Below, piece after piece: positions 56,107 through 64,000 of a DNA stretch of 64,000 nucleotides. Numbering within the stretch: position 1 is the first letter of the stretch; the number at the start of each line of letters is the position of its first letter. Made by a program: the position numbers and the translations under genes. Below the pieces are notes generated by a model. It had not been told where the DNA came from and searched no databases. It saw nothing but the letters and a program-made list of their open reading frames with translations. Source of the stretch: the human T2T-CHM13v2.0 reference genome, Homo sapiens; assembly GCF_009914755.1 (NCBI RefSeq), contig NC_060928.1; one strand, written 5' to 3'.

Positions 56107-58114
56107 GTCATGTATTGTGATCCAATGGTAGAGAATGCACTGGGCATTTTAGGCATACACACATAGTTTACATAGATATTTGAATCCTCAAAAGAACTGT
56201 GTGACATAGATATTATCCTCATTTTGCAGACAAAGACAGTGAAAATCTGGGTGATTAATTTGCAGTTTCTAAAATAGTGTCAAAGCCTGGATTTTATTCT
56301 AATTCTGATTGTCTCCAAAGATAGTGTACTTGCTACTATAGTAATACTTTCTCATGTAAAACTTTTGGATTAGGAAGAAAATGAATATAAAACTGTCATT
56401 CTTATTAGGTGAAGATTGAATTCTTCTTTATAGAAATATTAAGTAAATCTTTTCAAAATATATAAGTGACTAGGCTCATTTTATTTCCCTGTTTCATTCA
56501 CAGCCATTCAGATACCCACGTGAGGAACCCCAATCACAATTTGTTAGGCAAAACGGGCCATGGATATTCTTTAAGCCTGCCCTGTCATTTCAGAAATGAG
56601 AAATTTGAGGCTAAAACATTTAATGGTAACTGAAATAGCACAAGAAGTTAATAACAGTTGAAATTAGAGTCCTGGCTTCGCAATTCCTGTTCCTTTATTA
56701 TTCTGAGAATTTTTTATGTTACTTGTTTGTTTTTTCAGCTAGGTTGGAATTTTTCTGGTAGACTTCTTTTTTCTGTTACTTTCTAGTAGTCATACATGCT
56801 GAAATACTCTTACTTATGTCTGCTTTTATTTCTCCTCAAAATCTCTTTAACAGGTTCATTTATTCTACTCTTTCATCAAATATTTATTTTGCATCTGCTT
56901 TGGACAATGTAAATGTGTGGGAATTTTTAAGACAATAGAAGGGAATCCTGCCTATTGACAGCTTACAGTCTGATAAGTTAAACTTATGATTTTCAATTTA
57001 TCTTTCAATTTCTGCTGACAAGACAGCCAAGTCCAGTACCGTATCTGTCAGCATTTGCTACGTGTATAAAGCATTTATTCATTATTTACTGTCTTCTAGA
57101 ATATGGACGGCTATTTTTGATGGATCCTTAAGTATACAGTTTAATTTGCTTAGGTAAATTTATATTTCTGTATACAATTTTAATTTTATGCACAAGAAAA
57201 ATTTCTAACACTATGAATTTTTGAACTAGGTGATTAGAAATGTTGTAATGTGTAATGATGGCTGCTTTTCTTTACAAGTCAAAAAAAAGTCCACGGAAAA
57301 TGGACTTAATTGGAAAGAGTTCTTTTTTCCTCTGATAGTTTGCTCAAATTCTAATTCCAAATTTATTTTAATAGGTAACAAACAGTATTACTCCAGCCTT
57401 AAATAAGTTAATTAAAGGAAACAAATCTTTAGTAAAAAAAAAAATCCTGTGTCTTTTCTAAGAGGATATGGCTACAAAACAGAAAAACAGGAGAAACATG
57501 GGGAGAAAATAATTTTTAAAATCAAAGCATTGTCTCTTGGGACTTCTTTTCTGTAACATAAAACATCATGCTCTTTGTCAATGACATTCAAAAATAATAT
57601 ATTATTAAACTCTTTGGAAAGGAAATTATTTGATCTAAATCAATTAAATTGGAATGTTCACTAAAAGCATTTATAGGTCAAATTACAAGGTTTCTCCTGG
57701 AGTTTAATACTTTACCAGGAAATAAACAAACCTGTCTTTCCAAATTAAAATGAAGTTCACCCTAGGCTTCTCTTCCCTTCTTGTTACCTTTCTTATTCAG
57801 CTTCATTTTCCATTTCTCAGAATTCTGTAAGAACCGCTTTGGCAGCTGTTCTTTAGTTGATGTAAAAATGCTATTGCCAACATACTAAATAACCGGTTTT
57901 ATATTTTTCTGACTTGGTAAATGAATAGGTAGATTTGATGAAATCTGTGATGAAAATGTGTTCACCGTATTTAAAAAGCATCTTTTAAAATGACCTATTA
58001 CAATAAATGACCTATTGACCATTGCTTGAGTGGCCGGGAGGATTCTGGAAAACACTCAGAAGCAATTGCCCTCAGGCTGCCTATTTTATTCTGGAATTTC
58101 TCTCAGGGCATATT

Positions 58115-58143
58115 ATAGGTTGGTGCAACAGTAATTACAGTTT
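58115..58143. mobile_element. MADE1 (mariner MITE) single-TIR fragment
   Basis: taggttggtgcaacagtaattacagttt resembles TAGGTTGGTGCAAAAGTAATTGCGGTTT. Confidence 0.6.
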
Positions 58144-58228
58144 AATAAAATCACACCTCTTTTGCATATAGCATTCAAATGTTCATTTCATTCTTTACAA
58201 ATTCATCCTGTGGACTGAATTCTGTCAT

Positions 58229-58230
<2 letters not shown>

Positions 58231-58264
<34 letters not shown>
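58231..58264. repeat. (GT)17 microsatellite
   Basis: direct reading. Confidence 0.95.
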
Positions 58265-58265
<1 letters not shown>

Positions 58266-59004
58266 ACGGTTAGAAATTAATTCCAGATTTATTAGTTTGA
58301 GCGGTGATCCATAGGAATGAGGGTGTGCACTGCAACAGATAAACGAAAGCAGAAGCAAAACCGGGGGCGGGGGGAACTTCTTGTTGTCCCTAAATGCAAT
58401 TTAAGGCATTTTTTTTAAATGTAGGCCATTTTTCTAGAAGTGTTTAATAAAGTTCCATAAAGACAACTTCCAGTGATTTTCAGATTCATAAAGCCTCTAT
58501 GAACTCATTTTTCCTCTTCTGTTTAATTTCTTCAGTTCTTCCTTGATTTTTATTCCCAGCTGTGGCTGGCGAAGGGTTGCTTCTTCTGGATCCTGGTCTT
58601 TGTGGTGCTAACTTGTATCTGTGAGGCAGACACACAAAAGGCTGCCTGTACCAGATCTCCAGGTCCTCCCCTGCAGCTCTTCCTGGGCTGTGGAATAAAG
58701 TAATGCAAGTGCTGAAGCTATTTTAAAAAGCTGAAAGCAAAATATATCAGTCAATTCTCAAACTTGGAGAAGAGGTAGAATTTTTAAAAATCTGTAAATG
58801 AGATTACAGTGATTTACATATTTACATGTTGAATTCAGAAATATTTTTCACAAAATATTTTACTGGCCTTCAAAAATAGAATTTTTCCTTTCTAATAGAA
58901 GATTAATAGTGCTTTAAATTGTTGTTCAATTTTCCTGGTTTTTCATTTCATACCTGAGTGGATCGTAGAGTACAGATGATGGCATTTACATGTGCTCATA
59001 GGAA

Positions 59005-59215
59005 AATAATAACAATAATAATGGTAGCTTAAATTTATATGGGTTTTACTATGCCAGGCACCTTTCAAGCATTTTTCATATATGAACCTAAGCACTCTTC
59101 ATCTGGACCCTATGATGTGAGTACTATGGATGATTCCCTTTTTAGAAAAGAAATTGTGGAAAAAAGTCCCCCAGCTGGTAAAGAACAGAGCCAGATTTGC
59201 ACCTGGGCAATTTGA
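59005..59215 (-). mobile_element. MIR remnant
   Basis: aataatggtagc...ttactatgccaggcac...ccctatgatgtgagtactat. Confidence 0.55.
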
Positions 59216-60040
59216 CTGGGAGTTCCATCCCAAGAAGGGGCAAATAATTCTTGGAGTTACTGAGATAAGAAAACCACCGTAGTGGGAAAGGGAAGGTGCT
59301 TGGCTTCCAGTTTGTGGGACTTGGGAGATAAAATCCCAAGGCTAATTGGTATTCCAGCTTTCAGGAATATTTCCTCACATAAATACATTTGTAATAGTGG
59401 CACCTCTATCAGTAGGTTGTGTGAGATACTCATCTACCGTTTGGAAGATGGAGGGACATTTACATTCACTGTGTAACACAGCCCAATGGGGAAGTCATTC
59501 TTGTGATTGGAACCCTAGCTGCAAGTTCCTTCATATGTTAGTCACACAAAGGTCTCTGAATTTGCTGTTGTTTATGACAATGCCCATAGATTTGCTTGGG
59601 CACACATGAATTCAGACATATGTGAAAGGGGTTCCATACCCGTAATTCAGAAATATTTTGTTATTTAAAAGTCAACAAACCACAATATGGGTAAACTATA
59701 TTCAAATCTGAAAAGTCCAATTTAGAATTTCAGCTGCCTAACCATCTTCACTAAGGACTATCTGGTCACAGACTACCATCACAGTATTACAATCGTACTT
59801 GGCTATCCAGTGGTTTTGCTTCTCCAGATCTTACCACATTGGATTTCCCCTGGGATATTCCTCATTTTAGCAGTGAAACTCCTGCTTCCCGGAAACTCTT
59901 TCAATCCTTGACAAACAGGGACAGAAAGAAACTCTACTTTCTCCTGACACTTTTCATATCCCATTCTTTTATCTCCCTCCTAACCACCATGCTTGCTTGG
60001 ATAGGTTGGTGGGGCATTGTAGGCTTTCTGCCTTTATTTA

Positions 60041-60429
<389 letters not shown>

Positions 60430-60939
60430 CTAAATTATACTAACTAAAAGGTTTTATGCACACTTATTTATTTCTTTGGTGTATTTACCTTGAGCAACAA
60501 AGTTCACTCAAAAATAACTGGTATAGCCTATGCTTATTAATTTATCTTTTTTAAAGGAGCTTTGAGGAACATTTACTATTTTTTCATGTAATAAACACAG
60601 GCTATTGTTGGATAGGTTGTAGAACTGCGAAGATAATTATAATTAATGATATATGTAGGTTTTTCCCCATCAAGTGAGATAAATATTTCTATCGAAGTAA
60701 AATACTACTATTGTATATATTCTATATAGAAAGTTCTATATAACACAAACACACGCAGAGGAGTTTTATATCTATTGTTGAATTTTAAGTTACTTCTTAC
60801 TTCTTTGCATTTGGGGTTCTTAAATTGTTACGATTAAACTTGAGTTAATACTCTGGCATCTTCTTTATGAAAATAGTTATTTGAGACTAGAGACAGTATT
60901 AGGTAGAACAATTTTAAAAATTATTGAGTTACTAAGTGG

Positions 60940-61110
60940 TAGATTCTAAGTGATTTTCATGTTTTAAATTCTCAGACCTCACTAAAATTGGTACCATTAT
61001 TTTCATCTGTATTTTACCCTTGAGAAAAATATGGCTCAAAGACATCACTTACCCAGAGTCACAGAGCCAGCAGGCACTGGGACTGAGATTCCAACCCAGG
61101 TCGTCCATGT
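60940..61110 (-). mobile_element. MIR remnant
   Basis: cacttacccagagtcacagagccag...gagattccaacccagg. Confidence 0.55.
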
Positions 61111-61135
61111 CTGGGGCCTGGGTGGACACCCATGA

Positions 61136-61579
<444 letters not shown>

Positions 61580-62710
61580 TAAAGATGCCTATTGATTCAT
61601 GATTGATATGTGTACCATTCACAAGTTGGCAATGCTTTTTGCAAAAAAAAAAAAAAAAAGGCTACATTGTATTATAAATGGCTTGACAAAATATAACACG
61701 TCTCTACCCTTATCACTTCTCCACTTCTAATGAATTTGCCTGAATAATATCAGGTGAAACCGATGAAATCAGTAGGTATAATTTCTTGTCACTTTTCCAT
61801 TGTTCTAACTTCTTATTATGCAATAAATATTTAAATACTTAATCTAACAGCAGCATATTTACACACACACCATAGACAATTCTGTCACGTTTCTGAATTA
61901 AAGCATAAAGGAAAAAAATAATATGCACACCATTCTAATTCACATTCTCTTTTTAACAAATATATTTGGAGGCGGTGGCAGGGTCAGCCACTGGTGTGTG
62001 TACACAGGCAGTGCTACAGAGACACTGTTCCATTGCAGAGTGTCACTTGTGCAGGTGCAGAGTGCAGGTACAGGTCAGAAGACGTCACCATGAGAAATAA
62101 GGAAAAGAAAAACATAAGGTTTTCTCAGTGCTTTTCCTCCAGGATTCACTGCATTAATATTTATATATTTATAGTCTTCTGAATACATATTTTGTCCTGA
62201 AGATAGTAGTCCCAGTTTTTCAAACGTCTACCAGTAGCTATTGCTTCAGTAATACTGTTGAACTCCTGCCCAAATGACAACTGAAATATAATGAAAAAGC
62301 TTCTTGATGCTTAGAGTATTAAAACAAGAAATAATGGACAATTTGGATTTTGGAAGTGGCTCTGCTCCAGAGCAGCTTCTGAAACACATTTAGTATCTCT
62401 TTACACTCTCTGAACCTCACTTTACTGATTTGTAAATCAAGAGAACTTGGCTTAAAAGTTTAGGGAAAAACACTCAAGTTCTAGAGAGAAAAGTGCCCAG
62501 AACTTAGAAAATGTAACGTATGTTCAGAGCTCAGCTACATCACCGACTAGTCGCGTGAGCTCTAGCATGTCATTTTCTTCTCCGAATCCCATTTTCTCCT
62601 CTATAAAGTGAAGAAGTTGATTACACCTACTCTCCAAGGTTGTTGGGAGGATTAAATTATATTCCAAAGACAAGTATTCCCAAACATGCGTTACACTGAA
62701 GAAAAAGTGA

Positions 62711-62893
<183 letters not shown>

Positions 62894-64000
62894 CACCAAA
62901 ACCTCTGTCAGAACACAAAGGAATGTGCATAATGGAGAGAAGACATATTTTTTTTAAAACTGAAGATATTGGCACAAATGTTTTATACAAAGAGTTTGAA
63001 CAAAAAATCCCTGTAAGACCAGAATTATCTTTGTACTAAAAGAGAAGTTTCCAGCAAAACCCTCATCAGCATTACAAGGATATTTGAACTCCATGCTTGA
63101 TGGTATTAATAAAGCTGGTGAAAGGGCATCATATACTTCAAGGAAGACTCTACAAGCTTTTGTTCACAGCTTGAAATAGATGCCTCACAATTCAGACAGT
63201 TTAATTCAGGAACTGTGACCCTGCAGTGTTCTTTTTGACAATTTGTCAAGATTTAGGGACATAAAATGATCTTGCAGGTCGTAAACTGGAAAACAGTATT
63301 TTGGTTGTCTTAGGATAATTGCTGACTTTGTATCTTGGATACAGTGTAAACCAGATCCATATAAGGTGAATGTGAAATGGGAGTCTTCTGAGGGTGATTT
63401 GTACTTTCCATGTGTATGTGTGTGTCTGGTGTTTGGAAACTGGGATATTTCAGCTTCATTATTTCCACTTGCAGGCCAGCTTAACCTCTGAAACACAAAT
63501 GATCTTGAGACCACTTTAGTGTACTTACATTTAGATGAGTTTGAAATCTCAATGGTGTCTAATTATTGCAGTTAAATTCTAGACATCAGTTCTTTAAGTC
63601 TCAGAAAACGCCCAGTGAATTGGTAAACTTAGTTCTTTTTTTTGGAAGTGCTGCCTTTTCACACCAAATCCAAGAAGCCTGTGATGTCTTATGAACCTTA
63701 TGAGAAAACTCCGAAGAGGTGTGAGCAGGATTCTTCTGAATGACTGTCTGGATGGTTCATTACTCAAGTTACTGCTGCTGCTATTGTCTTTCCTTTGTTG
63801 TCGATCTGTTATTGTTGTATTATTATTGTTGATGTTGTCATGGTTAATCTATTTTTTAAAATTGAAATGAAGCAGAAGTAGGCCTTGTGAGAACTGAAAG
63901 GTCTCTTTCATTTTTCTCTTCCTGGGATTCATTTTTTCAAAACACAATGCTGGAAAAAAAAGATTTGTTTCTGAAAGACTTCTTATGGTGCTATTCCATA
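62894..64000 (+). other. TLL1: TLL1 3' UTR (runs beyond the window)
   Basis: follows the stop codon, no recognisable interspersed repeats, AATAAA at 63108-63113 and miRNA seed matches. Confidence 0.85.

Overview
Human (primate) genomic DNA, AT-rich, carrying the 3' two-thirds of the tolloid-like 1 gene (TLL1, BMP1/tolloid astacin metalloprotease family) on the + strand. There are twelve GT-AG coding exons (10-21 by recalled numbering) totalling 1884 nt, or 627 codons plus stop. They splice in frame into CUB1(C-half)-CUB2-EGF1-CUB3-EGF2-CUB4-CUB5, end ...[10 protein letters not shown] at 62893 and are followed by 3' UTR. The introns hold Alus, L1s (one a twin-primed 5'-inverted copy), MaLR LTRs, a HERV-K(HML-2) solo LTR5, L2/MIR/MER5 remnants and a decayed 5S-derived sequence. 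Most ORFs in the track are repeat-derived or spurious. I see no evidence of a wholly new biological system. The best leads are candidate hidden exons in introns 12 and 16, a local THE1 duplication beside exon 14, a 31-bp hairpin, and inverted repeats flanking frame-preserving exon blocks.
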